64,000 bases of DNA from Thecamonas trahens ATCC 50062 (lineage: Eukaryota; Protista; Apusomonadida): NCBI RefSeq assembly GCF_000142905.1, contig NW_013657655.1, forward strand, positions 372,001-436,000. Reading direction: 5' to 3'. The notes beneath the pieces were generated by a model. That model was not told where the DNA came from. It searched no databases and saw nothing but the letters and a program-made list of their open reading frames with translations. Below, in pieces: positions 33,105 through 43,771 of the stretch (positions are counted from its first letter, which is position 1; each line of letters begins with the position of its first letter). A program made the translations under genes and the position numbers.

Positions 33105-36100
33105 GTGGCGGTGGTGGTGGGCATGGCGAGGCGGGGGAGGAGCCGCGGTCCCGGTTCCGCCGCAGCCGTCGTTCCGGAAGCTGACGACGGGCGAGGGGTG
33201 AACCCGCCGGCGGCGACGGCGTCGACGGCGCACATTTCAAAGACTGAGCTCGATCCGTCGCCGTTTGATGCACCGTATGTGCACTACGTCTCGCCGCGGC
33301 CGGCAGATTTGGATCTCAAGGTCGAGTATGATCTCGATGGGAGCGACATGGCGTTTGTCGAGGCGCTCAATGCGTTGCGGACGGCGTCTGGGCTCCCGCC
33401 GGTCTCGCCCGACACTGTCGAGGCTGCCATGGACAAGCTGGAGAAGGAGGCGTTTTACACGCTTGAGTCGGTTACGGCGGCGTCGCTCGGCACCGACGAT
33501 GCCGACGAGGAGGCCGGCGGCGTGTGCGATGTGTGCATGGACGGCGAGTGCGAGGATACCAACGAGATTGTGTTTTGCGACGGGTGCAACACGCCGGTCC
33601 ATCAGGCCTGCTACGGCATTCTCAACATTCCTGAAGGCAAGTATCTCTGCGCCACCTGCTCCGAGGGCGCGCCGCTCGACTCGGTCCCGTGCGTCCTCTG
33701 CCCCAACACCGGCGGGGCGTACAAGCCGACAGCACAGGGCGAGTGGGCACATGTGGCATGCGCCATGTGGATTCCCGAGACCTCGTTTGCGGACACGCTC
33801 GCCATGGAGCCGATTGTCGGCCTCGACGACGTGCCCGAGGCGCGGTACAAGCTGCGGTGCTACCTGTGCAAGACCCGTCGCGCCGGGGCGTGCATCCAGT
33901 GCCGCACACCGTCGTGCGCCATCGCCTTTCACGTCACCTGTGCCCAGAAGCACGGCCTGTTCATGCGGGTCCAGGAAGACCGCTGGCACCGTATTGTGTA
34001 TGCGGTATACTGCGAGAAGCACACGCCGTCGGACGCGACGGTGAACAAGTACCGCCTCGCGGCGTCGCGCAAGCCGACCAAGCTCAAGGTGGCCAAGAGC
34101 TTCAAGGAGACGCTGGAGGCGTCGATCACACTACCGCGGGCGGCGGCGCGGCTGCCCAACCTGCCGGCTGGCCTTGTCCGCGACGTGCTCGGCCACTGGA
34201 AGGCCAAGCGCGCCGACCGCACGCTCCCGTTCATCCGCCGGTTCCAAAGCACCATGTGGAAGCCGCACCCGATTGTCGCCGAGCACGTCGACTCGCTTCT
34301 GTATCTGCGGCACGATCTCGAGCGGGCCCGGCTGCTCGCGCACCTGGTATCGAAGCGGGAAAAGGTGAAGCGCAACCTCGTGCGGACGCTGCGGACCATG
34401 GTCCGCGTCTCGCACGTCCCCACAGCCATTATCCAGGAGCGGCTGGTGAGCCGGCTGCGGGCGCTCGACCCGGACGGGTTTTTTGAGGCGAGCCCGGGCA
34501 TCGAGCTTGCCGCCGCCGCGCCGTCGGCACTCGTTGTCCAGCCAATGACCTGGGGCCTGCTCTCGGAGAAAGTGGAGGCGCTGGCGTACCCGACGTTGCA
34601 GGCCTTTGTCAACGACGTCACGCTTGTGACCTCGGCGGCAGTGTCGTACTGGCCGGCAGACTCGCGGCAGGCAGTGCGCGCTGTGGCGATCCGCGGCGTG
34701 CTCTCTGACCTCGTCGCCGAAGAGGTCACGCTCTATCGCGAGGAGATTGCTGCGGACCTCACAGTCCGTGAGTCGGTTGTTCGCCCGCGGCATCCGATCC
34801 AGGCCGCGGCTCTGGTGGCACCACCGAGCGAGGCCCGCAACACCAATCTCGAGGCGACCACCAACGCCCGCGGCGCTGGCTCGGACGACGGCGGCGACTC
34901 GTACACGTACACGTACTCGGGCTCGGGGGTGAGCCTAGATGAGATCTCGGCGACGAGCTCGGCAGGCTCGGACGGGTACTCGTCGTACCTCGCGGGCCTG
35001 GCGTCGACTGACGGCGACGGTGGCGCGAGCGACGAGGCCGACCCGCTGGTGGTCCGCATCGGAGTGCGCGGGCGCGGGCCGTCAGAGGCAGTGCTCAAGG
35101 ACGCGTCGACCGTCAAGCCGGCCATGCCCCTCGCCCGGGTCCCGGAGCATCCGGTTGCCATGGCCCGCGACGACTTGCGCCGCGAGATGGAGCGCATCCA
35201 GTCGCGCCGAGCCGGCATGGATGCCGCCGAGAAGAAGCGACGCGCCGAGCGTCGTGCCAAGCGCGAGGCAGTCGAAGCGCGGCGGGCGGCCAAGGTTACG
35301 GTGCGGGCCAAGCGTGGGCCACCGCCCAAGCCTGGCGGCTCGCGGACTCGGGTCCGTGTCCGTCGCCGCAACCGAGCGCAGCGGCGGAAGGATCGCGCCC
35401 GTGCGGCGAGACGGGCGGCAACGGTAGGAGCCGCTGAACAAGCTGTCGCCAGCGGCGTGGTCAAGGCTGAGACTGCGAGCGGGTCCGTGTCCGCGAGCGG
35501 CGGCAGCGGCGGCAGCGGCGCGAGTGGTGGCGCGGGAGCGACGACGGCGCGGTCTGGCCGTGCGGCGCGGCGCAAGACCGGGACAGCGACGTTGTCTCCG
35601 GACCGGCGGCGGAGCCGGTCCAAGGCGATGCCGCGGTACGCGTCGGCGACGCCGTCGACGCCGCCGGGCGCTAAGCTGGTGCCCGAGACCGGCCCGGGAA
35701 TGGTGGAGGAGTTTGAAGAGAGCGGTGAGGTGCCGACGTCGTCGGGCCGGTCGATGAAGCGAGTCCGGCGGCGTGAGCGAGTGACCACCCGCGAAATGGT
35801 GCCTGAGGTGCCGGTGCCGCGCAAGCGTGGGCGGCCGCGCAAGTACCGGCAGGTCAAGCGGGTGGTCAAGCGCGAGCGGTACGTGGCGCGGCGGCGGTCT
35901 GACAAGGTCCGTGTCCGGCGAGAGGTCGACGAGGATGCGGCTGGCGTGAGGAAGGCGGTGTCAGCGACGGCACCACCGCCTGCGCCTGCGCCCACACCTG
36001 CGCCTGCGCCGATGCGGTACGTGGCGGTGACCAAGAGCCTCGTTCTCCGCTCGCTGCCCGAAGCGCTCATTTTTGATGCCGATGGCTCGCTGCTGGCAGG

Positions 36101-37850
36101 CAAGCCTCTCGGGCACGGCACCATTGTGCGCGGGGTGATGGGAAAGCTCCGTCGCGAGCGGCGGAAACGGTTCAAAGCGCCGGCGCGGCTGGCGCGTCGC
36201 AAGCCGCGAGCGCTTGGTGGCGCGTCGCTCCCGCTTGGGGTGGTGAAGGCCGGCAAGGCCGAGGCGTCGCCGCGGGCGCGGACCCGCAAGCCGCGGGTCC
36301 GCAAGTCGGCCTCGCTCATGCACCGAGCGTTCGCTGCGCGCGAGGAGAGCTACACGTCGGCGCCGCCCAAGAGCCTTGCGGCCGGGCGGTACCACACGTC
36401 GGCAGCGGTGCGGATCACGTCGTACCTGCCGCCCAAGCTGGTCCGCGCCCGCGGTGACGGGAGCCCGGCGAGGCGGCTGCGGGCCCGCGGGCACACGTTT
36501 GGCAAGACTGCAGTGGGCAAGACACTACGGTCGGAGCGGATGCTGGCGACGCGGCACTCTGAGCGGCACATTGCGTCGCGGCGGCGTGTGTCGCGGGCGA
36601 TGCAGCGCGAGCGGGTGCGTGCTCGCGCAGCGCGAATGGCGCGGACCCGGCCGGTGTCCGCGGCCGAGGCAGCTGCGGCGTCGGCTGTGGTGGATGACGA
36701 GTCGGGCTCGGGCTCGGGCGTCGCGCCGATGACTGTGGCAGACGAGACGGCTGGGCGCGGCGGAGCCGACGTTGAGGTTGTGGCATCGGCGTCTTGCCAG
36801 CCGCCCGAGACAGTGGTCGTCAAGCGCGGCGACAAGTACTTTGTGCGAACAGCGGCGGCGACCGGGGCCGGCAGCGACGACGACGATGGCTACGTGTACT
36901 CGGAGGAGGAAGACGACGACGATGCCGGTAGTGGGGCGAGGTTTGGCCTTCCTGGACACGGCGATGGCGACGGGTACTCGTACGCATCGTCGTCGTCGGG
37001 CCTGCTCTCGGGCTCGATCACCACCCTGTACTCGCAGTACGATACGGTGACGTCTGTTGGCTCGTCAGACGTGATGGTGGCGTCGGACGGCGAGGCGAGC
37101 GGGGCGGCCAGCGGTGATGGTGGCGGCGGTGGCGACGACGATGATGACGACGATGACGGCGGCGAGGTCGAGTACGACTCGTTCTACTCGTATTACACCT
37201 CGGTCTTTGACGAGTTTTGCTCGTACTCGGACCGGTACTCGTACGAGCTAGCTGACCTGCTTCAGCAGGCACGCGACGAGAACGCGGCCAAGGGCCTGGT
37301 CTCGTCGCCGACGGTGCGGCCGCAGTCGCATGCCGAGAGGAAGAGTGAGATCGAGAGCAAGAGCAGGCGCAGGAGCAAGACGAGTTCTTCCGCCAAGACC
37401 AGTGCCAGCGCTGCGGCCAAGAGCACGTGCAAGGCCAAGATGATCAAGCAGGTGGATGACGAGGCAGTCCAGCCTGAGGCGGCTGCTCCTACGAGCAAGA
37501 AGACGCCGGCCAAGGAGCTGTTCCCGATCGAGTTTGGAGTGGCGGCTGCTGCCGGCGGAGAGAGCGGCAGCGGTGGGAACGAAGGCTCAGCGGAGAGCAA
37601 GGCCCGCGGCAAGAAGCGGAAGAAGGGCCGGCGGCGCAAAAAGGTGAAGGGCCCAGACCCCAACACACCGACCAAGCCGATCACGGCGTACTTTTCGCGA
37701 GCATCGCCTCGTCGGTCGCCGCGCGGTAACGTCGGCGGCTCGGGCTCGGGCCTCTCCGCGTCTGGTGGCAGCAGTGGTGAGTCCGAGTATGAGGCCGCGA
37801 GCGAATCGTCGGACGAGAGGCCGAAGAAGCGGCGGTCTGCGCGCAAGTGA
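33105..37850 (+). CDS. BRPF/JADE-like chromatin scaffold (EPL1, PHD-Zn knuckle-PHD, divergent bromodomain, AT-hook, low-complexity tail)
   Basis: VEYDLDGSD, CDVCMDGECEDTNEIVFCDGCNTPVHQACYG, WAHVACAMWIPE, GACIQC...FHVTCA, LRHDLERARLL, RKRGRPRK. N-terminus uncertain (may start at 32831). Confidence 0.88.
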   Translation: MAVVVGMARRGRSRGPGSAAAVVPEADDGRGVNPPAATASTAHISKTELDPSPFDAPYVHYVSPRPADLDLKVEYDLDGSDMAFVEALNALRTASGLPPVSPDTVEAAMDKLEKEAFYTLESVTAASLGTDDADEEAGGVCDVCMDGECEDTNEIVFCDGCNTPVHQACYGILNIPEGKYLCATCSEGAPLDSVPCVLCPNTGGAYKPTAQGEWAHVACAMWIPETSFADTLAMEPIVGLDDVPEARYKLRCYLCKTRRAGACIQCRTPSCAIAFHVTCAQKHGLFMRVQEDRWHRIVYAVYCEKHTPSDATVNKYRLAASRKPTKLKVAKSFKETLEASITLPRAAARLPNLPAGLVRDVLGHWKAKRADRTLPFIRRFQSTMWKPHPIVAEHVDSLLYLRHDLERARLLAHLVSKREKVKRNLVRTLRTMVRVSHVPTAIIQERLVSRLRALDPDGFFEASPGIELAAAAPSALVVQPMTWGLLSEKVEALAYPTLQAFVNDVTLVTSAAVSYWPADSRQAVRAVAIRGVLSDLVAEEVTLYREEIAADLTVRESVVRPRHPIQAAALVAPPSEARNTNLEATTNARGAGSDDGGDSYTYTYSGSGVSLDEISATSSAGSDGYSSYLAGLASTDGDGGASDEADPLVVRIGVRGRGPSEAVLKDASTVKPAMPLARVPEHPVAMARDDLRREMERIQSRRAGMDAAEKKRRAERRAKREAVEARRAAKVTVRAKRGPPPKPGGSRTRVRVRRRNRAQRRKDRARAARRAATVGAAEQAVASGVVKAETASGSVSASGGSGGSGASGGAGATTARSGRAARRKTGTATLSPDRRRSRSKAMPRYASATPSTPPGAKLVPETGPGMVEEFEESGEVPTSSGRSMKRVRRRERVTTREMVPEVPVPRKRGRPRKYRQVKRVVKRERYVARRRSDKVRVRREVDEDAAGVRKAVSATAPPPAPAPTPAPAPMRYVAVTKSLVLRSLPEALIFDADGSLLAGKPLGHGTIVRGVMGKLRRERRKRFKAPARLARRKPRALGGASLPLGVVKAGKAEASPRARTRKPRVRKSASLMHRAFAAREESYTSAPPKSLAAGRYHTSAAVRITSYLPPKLVRARGDGSPARRLRARGHTFGKTAVGKTLRSERMLATRHSERHIASRRRVSRAMQRERVRARAARMARTRPVSAAEAAAASAVVDDESGSGSGVAPMTVADETAGRGGADVEVVASASCQPPETVVVKRGDKYFVRTAAATGAGSDDDDGYVYSEEEDDDDAGSGARFGLPGHGDGDGYSYASSSSGLLSGSITTLYSQYDTVTSVGSSDVMVASDGEASGAASGDGGGGGDDDDDDDDGGEVEYDSFYSYYTSVFDEFCSYSDRYSYELADLLQQARDENAAKGLVSSPTVRPQSHAERKSEIESKSRRRSKTSSSAKTSASAAAKSTCKAKMIKQVDDEAVQPEAAAPTSKKTPAKELFPIEFGVAAAAGGESGSGGNEGSAESKARGKKRKKGRRRKKVKGPDPNTPTKPITAYFSRASPRRSPRGNVGGSGSGLSASGGSSGESEYEAASESSDERPKKRRSARK

Positions 37851-37936
37851 AAGCACTGGGGCCGGCCGAGGTGAGAAGAGGGGGAAAGACATAGAGGAAG
37901 AGAGAGAGAGTGTGTGTGTGTCACGTGGAGAGTGGT

Positions 37937-38748
37937 TTACGAGCGCGGCTTCTCCTTGATCTCGCGGAAGAGGGCGTACAGGCCGACGTTCGAGACCTTG
38001 ACGACCTTGAAGCGGACACCGGGGATATCACCGACTGCGTGGCCATGGCGACCCTGACCGGCAACAAGAACCTCGTCGTTCTCGTCGATGTAGCCGAGGC
38101 AACCATCACGCGGCACAAAGGCGGAGATACGCTTGGCGTTCTTGACGAGCTGGACACGGACGCACTTGCGAATGGCCGAGTTCGGCTGCTTGGACTCAAT
38201 GCCCATCTTCTCGATGACAATGCCCTTGGCGTGCGACGCACCACCGAGCGGGTTGGCCTTGCGGGCCGTGCCAAAGTGCTTCTTCTTGTACTCCTTGTCG
38301 TTCCACTTCTGCTCACGACGACGGGTGCGCAGCGCGCGTGCCGTGTTGATTCCACGAGGCTTGCTGTTGTCGTCGTCGGTTGGATGTCGGCGGAGGGGGG
38401 GGGGGGTGAGTCCAGAGTCGGGGCATGGGGACGTTCTACGCACAGCGGACAAGTGCTGTAGAGAGTGCACATTCTCGGCATGTCGCTAGGGCAGTGGCTT
38501 GCGTGGGTGTGTCCCGTGGCGAGCGGCAGCGGTGGCCATGCTGGGCCCAGGGCGAGTCATACAAATTCTGCCAAAAATACGGCATCGGCCGAGGGTACTG
38601 GCGGGAGGCACTTCAGCTGGTGCAGCATAGGGGAGGAGGTGATGGGGGGAAGGGGGGGAGGATGGAAAGGAGATGCACAGGATAGTGTCTGGCTACGAGT
38701 CCCTGTGGTGAGCCTTCTGGCTGTGGTGTCTACGTACCCCTTGCCCAT
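37937..38748 (-). CDS. RPS23: 40S ribosomal protein S23 (uS12), two exons
   Basis: Exon 1 38748-38738 (ATG GGC AAG GG), intron 38737-38364 (GTACGT...AACAG), exon 2 38363-37937. Gives MGKGKPRG...[15 protein letters not shown]...[13 protein letters not shown]. Confidence 0.97.
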
Positions 38749-39198
38749 GTTGAGAGTTCGAGTAAAGTGTGTGTGACTGATGGACGGCTGGCCACCATTC
38801 GACCATTCGTCACTTTGTTGTATTGATCCTGTCCTCAATTCCCACTATGCCTTCGAATCGAATCCATTGCACACAGTGCCAATGAACCGAATCCCATTAT
38901 CAATAGCCAACGATTGTTGTTGTTGTTGTTGGGGAGGGGGGGAGAGGGGATTAATCGTTCGCCAACGATTATCTCTCGGGTGCCTTGCTTTCGTTCCCCC
39001 CCCCCCCCCCGCCCCTCCCCCCCCCGCTCCTCCTCCTTTTCCTTCCTCAACCTTTGCTGTTCCTGCCGCCGGCCGCCGCTCGACTCACGCCGCCAGCGCC
39101 TGCAAGGGAAGGGCGCGTGCGACAGAGTGTGGGAGGGGGAGAAGGCACACCTCACCCTCCCTCCCCCCCCCCCTCCCCCTCCCATATCTACCTCTGGC

Positions 39199-40797
39199 AT
39201 GCACATCCGCCTCGTGGTTGTGCTGGCTGTCGCCGTGGCGGCGGCGGTGGTCTTCCTCGGCGGCGAACCCGTGGCGGCGACGGCAGGCGCGCGGGTGAGC
39301 TCCGGCCTGGCGATATGGATCCCATTCTCGGAAACACCCGCAGCGAGTGCAGCCGACGTGGCGCCGGTAGGTGGCAAGCCGTCTGCGGTGGACGTGGCAC
39401 TGGAGCTAAAGCACGTGACATGGCTCTCGTCGCTGGCACCGGCGGGCGGGTACGAGCCGGCGGGCGTGGCCATCGCGCCTGGGTGCGGGACGTGTGGCGC
39501 GCCCGGAGTGAGCGACAAGCTCGCCATCAGCTCGCTGGCGGATGCGAGCTTTGCCTCACAGCGCGGGTTTTCCATCGATCTCTGGTTCCGCGTCCATAAC
39601 ACGTCGCTACACGCGCCGCTGCTCGACGTGGCGCTTGCAGCCGGCGACCTCGAGCCCGGGTGCTCGTCGGGTGCGACGACGCTGCGGTCGTTTGCGGTGG
39701 CCCAGCGCGGCGATGTGCTCGAGTGGTCACTGTCGGACAAGATCAGCTCGGTAGACACGTGTCGGACGTGCGCGTCGGCAGCCGGCACTCTTGTGGCCGG
39801 CGAGCTGTACCACGCCGTCGCCGTGGTCTCTGACGGCACCTCCCCGTCGGTTATGGACCTGTACATCAACGGGGTGTCGGTTGCGTGCGGTGCGTCGGTG
39901 AGCGGCGCGGCGACCACCATTTCGGCGTCATGGGTGACTGGGCCCAACTCGCGCTGGCTGGCGCTTGGAGGCCGGGTCTCTTCCTCGGACTACGACCTGT
40001 GGACCGGCAAGCTTTACTCGGTCGCGCTGTATGCGGCGCCGCTGACGCCCAGCGAGGTGCAGACCAACTACCGCGCCGGCGAGTACAACCATGTTCCGGT
40101 GGCGCTGGCGCACACGGTGGCCACGCTCGAGGATACGGCGGTCTTGGTCCAGCTCAACGCTTCGGATCCGTACGACTCGGTCTTCACCGCGCGGATCACT
40201 ACGCTGCCACTCTCGGGCGCGCTGTACCAGTCGAGCGAGGCCGGCGGGCCAGCGGTGGCGGGAGCAATCACGACCGTCCCTACGGTGGTCACCTCGGCGT
40301 ACAACCGGGTGTGGTACGTGCCGGCGGCCAACGCGTCTGGCGTGGGCCTCGCCTCGTTCGCGTACACCATGGACGATTCGGAAGCTGTGTCGGCACCGGC
40401 GACGGTGACGGTCGACGTGAGCGCGGTCGACGATCCGCCGGCGGTGCTGGCGTCTGTGGCGGCGGTGGCAGCCGGCGGCGGGGCGACGGCCATTCCGGGC
40501 CTCTCTGTGGCCGAGCCCGACGGCGAGACGCTGAGCCTCGTCCTGCAGGCCGACTCGGGCCTGCTCACTCTCGGCTCGCTGACCGGGCTCATTTGCCGGG
40601 TTGGCTCGTGCGCCGGAGACACTGCGCTGATGGTGGAGGGCTCCGCGACGGCGCTCAATGCCGCGCTCGGCTCGCTCTCGTACTCGACGCTCCTGCTCGC
40701 CTCGGGCTCGGACACCGTGGTGGCGCGGGTTAACGACGCGTCTGGCGGGCCGTGGGCCGAGGCTTCTGTCGCCGTCACCGTCACTACGTCGTGCTGA
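39199..40797 (+). CDS. Secreted protein: LamG/ConA-like domain + cadherin-like/bacterial Ig repeats
   Basis: Signal peptide MHIRLVVVLAVAV. LamG FSIDLWFR...YHAVAV...LYING...LYSVALYAAPLT. Ig-like NHVPVA...TLEDT...SFAYTMDD...VTVDVSAVDDPP. Confidence 0.75.
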   Translation: MHIRLVVVLAVAVAAAVVFLGGEPVAATAGARVSSGLAIWIPFSETPAASAADVAPVGGKPSAVDVALELKHVTWLSSLAPAGGYEPAGVAIAPGCGTCGAPGVSDKLAISSLADASFASQRGFSIDLWFRVHNTSLHAPLLDVALAAGDLEPGCSSGATTLRSFAVAQRGDVLEWSLSDKISSVDTCRTCASAAGTLVAGELYHAVAVVSDGTSPSVMDLYINGVSVACGASVSGAATTISASWVTGPNSRWLALGGRVSSSDYDLWTGKLYSVALYAAPLTPSEVQTNYRAGEYNHVPVALAHTVATLEDTAVLVQLNASDPYDSVFTARITTLPLSGALYQSSEAGGPAVAGAITTVPTVVTSAYNRVWYVPAANASGVGLASFAYTMDDSEAVSAPATVTVDVSAVDDPPAVLASVAAVAAGGGATAIPGLSVAEPDGETLSLVLQADSGLLTLGSLTGLICRVGSCAGDTALMVEGSATALNAALGSLSYSTLLLASGSDTVVARVNDASGGPWAEASVAVTVTTSC

Positions 40798-40846
40798 GGC
40801 AAAGTCGCTTGGCTACAGTAAACGCCACGTGTGCATGCATGTGCTT

Positions 40847-42553
40847 TTACGGCGACGGGATCGAGTCGTAGCCGCCGCGGCCGCGGCCGTCGGCAGCGGC
40901 CAGCGACGGGCGGGTGCCCGAGAGCGTGGGCGTCTCGACGCCCTGGTACCGGACCGAGGCGTAGTCACCGGATCGGACCTTGCGCAGCATGTACGCGTCC
41001 GAGTGGTAGTAGCGACGAAGACCAAAGCCGACGCAGGCGCCGAGCACAACGATGATTCCCACGCCGAGGCCAACCAGCCACAGCGCTGGCGGAGTCCGGT
41101 GGCGGGTGATGGGCGCAATCGGGATGGCCGGAGCAGGCGGCGGCGGCGCCGGCGCGTGCTGGTCGACATCAATCTGGACAGCAAAGGGCGCGGTTCCGCC
41201 GCGCGGCGCTGGCGCTGTCACATTGCTCGTCGGCCCGGCGACGGTGAGCGGGCCGTGTGCATAGCTGCCGGCAACGAGCACGCCCTGCGCGCCAGCGTGT
41301 GACTTGGGGAGGCCGACCAGGTCAGCGCGGGAGCCGACAAGCGTGCCATCGAGCACGGCGTGGCGGAGAACGTCGCCCGACGCGGATGAGAGCTCGAGTA
41401 TGACGGCTGGCGCGTAGAGCGCCTCGGCTTCGTTCTCGCCGGCGAGGCCGGTGAGGACAAGGAGCGACCAGGTGTTGAGTGGTGCGAAGAGTGCGGCTAC
41501 GCCCTGGGCCTCTGCTCGCGGGTAGACGCTTGACCACAGCGGCGTCGAGCCGAGCGACGGTGGGTACATGAGAACCGAGGCGCCAACACCGTCGCCGTCG
41601 TCAAGGATGGCCGAGCCGACGGCGACGTTGCCGGACTCGGGCTCAACAGCCAGCGCCACATGTGGCAGCGAGGGCGTCCGCAGCAGCGAGTACGGCGCAA
41701 GCGCGTGGCTGATCCACGCGCCGGTCTCGGCAGAGAGCTCGGCGACCACAACGACCGAGGCTGTTGCCGGGTTCGAGCAGACCAGAGGCCCGGCACTGGG
41801 CCCACCGGCCACAACCCAGCGCCCGCAGCCGGAAAGCAATCCGGCAACGTAGACAGTCACGCCGCCGGGCGCCGCGACAATGCTCTCGACAACCAGGCGG
41901 GCGTCGCCGGCGTTGTCGGCGACGAGGCCAGCCTGCCACAGCTCCGAGCCGTCGACCGACGAGAGGCCGACGACTCCAGACGAGCCATTGTACGGTGAGT
42001 GAGCCACGGTAGCAGCAACCACCAGCACATCAACGCCGTTCACAAACTGGCTCGCCACACGGCCGACCACTCGCGGCGAGACCGGCGCACCGGGGGCCTG
42101 CGAGCGGCCGATCTCGGTCGTCCACGCCACCGATCCGTTTGTGGTGTGGAGAGCAAGCGACCAGGAGAGCGAAGAGGGAGCCCATGAGAGCCGAGCAACA
42201 GTAGCCGGAGCAAGGCATGTCACATCGATGATGTCCAGCCCGACAGGAAGAACGCGAGACCAGAACGGCGTCAGCTCTCCGTTTGCCACAATGACAGCGG
42301 CCAGAAAGGCATGAACCGAGCCAGCAGGAGCAGTGACGACCACATCCTGCGCCAGAGCCAGCGATCCGTTGAAGCGACCGGCCATGGCCACCACATCACC
42401 CGGCAAGCCTCCATTGCTACAGCCTCCACTCGCCGTCAGCCAAGCCGGAGACTCGGAGACACCGCCGAAGACAGACGTGGGCGTGAGCCCGAAGCACGCC
42501 GATGCGCACACCGCCAGAAGAACCAGCAGACATACCCCGTGACGCCAATGCAT
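40847..42553 (-). CDS. Type I membrane protein with beta-rich, possibly propeller, ectodomain
   Basis: Signal peptide MHWRHGVCLLVLLAVCASACFG (ATG 42553), single TM LWLVGLGVGIIVVLGACVGFGL, short Tyr-containing tail. Confidence 0.7.
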   Translation of the reverse strand: MHWRHGVCLLVLLAVCASACFGLTPTSVFGGVSESPAWLTASGGCSNGGLPGDVVAMAGRFNGSLALAQDVVVTAPAGSVHAFLAAVIVANGELTPFWSRVLPVGLDIIDVTCLAPATVARLSWAPSSLSWSLALHTTNGSVAWTTEIGRSQAPGAPVSPRVVGRVASQFVNGVDVLVVAATVAHSPYNGSSGVVGLSSVDGSELWQAGLVADNAGDARLVVESIVAAPGGVTVYVAGLLSGCGRWVVAGGPSAGPLVCSNPATASVVVVAELSAETGAWISHALAPYSLLRTPSLPHVALAVEPESGNVAVGSAILDDGDGVGASVLMYPPSLGSTPLWSSVYPRAEAQGVAALFAPLNTWSLLVLTGLAGENEAEALYAPAVILELSSASGDVLRHAVLDGTLVGSRADLVGLPKSHAGAQGVLVAGSYAHGPLTVAGPTSNVTAPAPRGGTAPFAVQIDVDQHAPAPPPPAPAIPIAPITRHRTPPALWLVGLGVGIIVVLGACVGFGLRRYYHSDAYMLRKVRSGDYASVRYQGVETPTLSGTRPSLAAADGRGRGGYDSIPSP

Positions 42554-42802
42554 GCGTGTATGTATGTGCGTGGGGTATGTGTACGTGTGGTGTGTGTGTG
42601 TGTGTACGTGTGTGAGTGTGAGTGTGAGTGAGTGTGTGTGTGTGCCTTTGCGTGGGGGGGTGGCGAGCGGTGGTCGTGCGGTCACGGGGTCTGTGGCAGG
42701 TGGTCGGTCGATGGGTGGTGGCCGGTGGTGGGCGGTGGTTGGTCGGTCGGCCTGGGAAGTCGGGTCAGGGTCAGGGGACATCCGACTCGACTTGGCGCCA
42801 AC

Positions 42803-43340
42803 ATGTCCGAGCCCGAGTACGAGGCAACGCTCGAGAAGGAGCTTGGCGTAGGTCAATCCCTTCCCCCCTCCCCTCCCCCTCCCCTCCCCTCCCCTCTTCC
42901 CCCTCCCTTGTCCCTTATTCTCCACCTTCACTGCTCCTTGCTCCCGCTCACCCTTCTCCATCCCCATCTCCATCCCCCGTCCCATGCAGCGTCTGGAAGA
43001 GGACTACGAGGCGCAGGTGGAGTCCGGCGGTACGGTCTCGCTCGGAGTAGCCACCAACTTTGCCCATAGGCTCATTGCCTCTACCTGTGCAGAGGATCTG
43101 GAACGGGGTGTCGACATTCTCCAGGGTACGGAAGAATCATGGTGCTGCTGCGGGTTGCTGCCTTCTTTTCTGCCCGCCCGGCTTGCTTGGTCTTGCTGCT
43201 GCGTTGACGCGTTGCTGCCGCACGCCCTGATGGCCGCAGGCGAAGTGGGGCTGGGGGTGGGGGGCTATGTGACGAGAGGTGTTATGGAGGGGCTGTGTGT
43301 GTGCGCATGTGCGTGGGGCTGTGCGTGTGTGTGCGCGCGC

Positions 43341-43374
<34 letters not shown>

Positions 43375-43709
43375 TGTGCGCGTGCGTGTGCGTGTGCGCG
43401 GAGAGAGAGACAAGACTCATGGTGGGAGGAGCAGGCATGGAGGACGCGATGGGCATGGAGAGCATGGACTCGGAGTCCTTGCTGCGGCTTGCCAGAGGGC
43501 TGTTCCGACTGCAGCGGCACTCGAGCGCGCGCAAGTATGTGGACGAGGTTCTGATGCGCGAGCCCAACTACACTGATGCCATTATTCTCAAGCGCATGAT
43601 CGATGACTCTGTCCGGCGTGAGGGCCTCAACGGCGTTGTACTTCTTGGCTCATGGGCGCTCTTCCTGGTGGCAGCAGGCATCACGTTTACACGGTGGAAC
43701 AAGCGCTGA
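42803..43709 (+). CDS. FIS1: Mitochondrial fission protein Fis1, three exons
   Basis: Exons 42803-42847, 42990-43125 and 43435-43709 with GT-AG introns. NFAHRLI...DLERGVDIL, ARKYVDEVLMREPN, RREGLNG and a C-terminal tail anchor. Confidence 0.85.
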
Positions 43710-43771
43710 GCAATGGCGAGTAAAGGCCGCACTCCTCGGCGTCGTCGTATCGTGACCACACACGGATGTCT

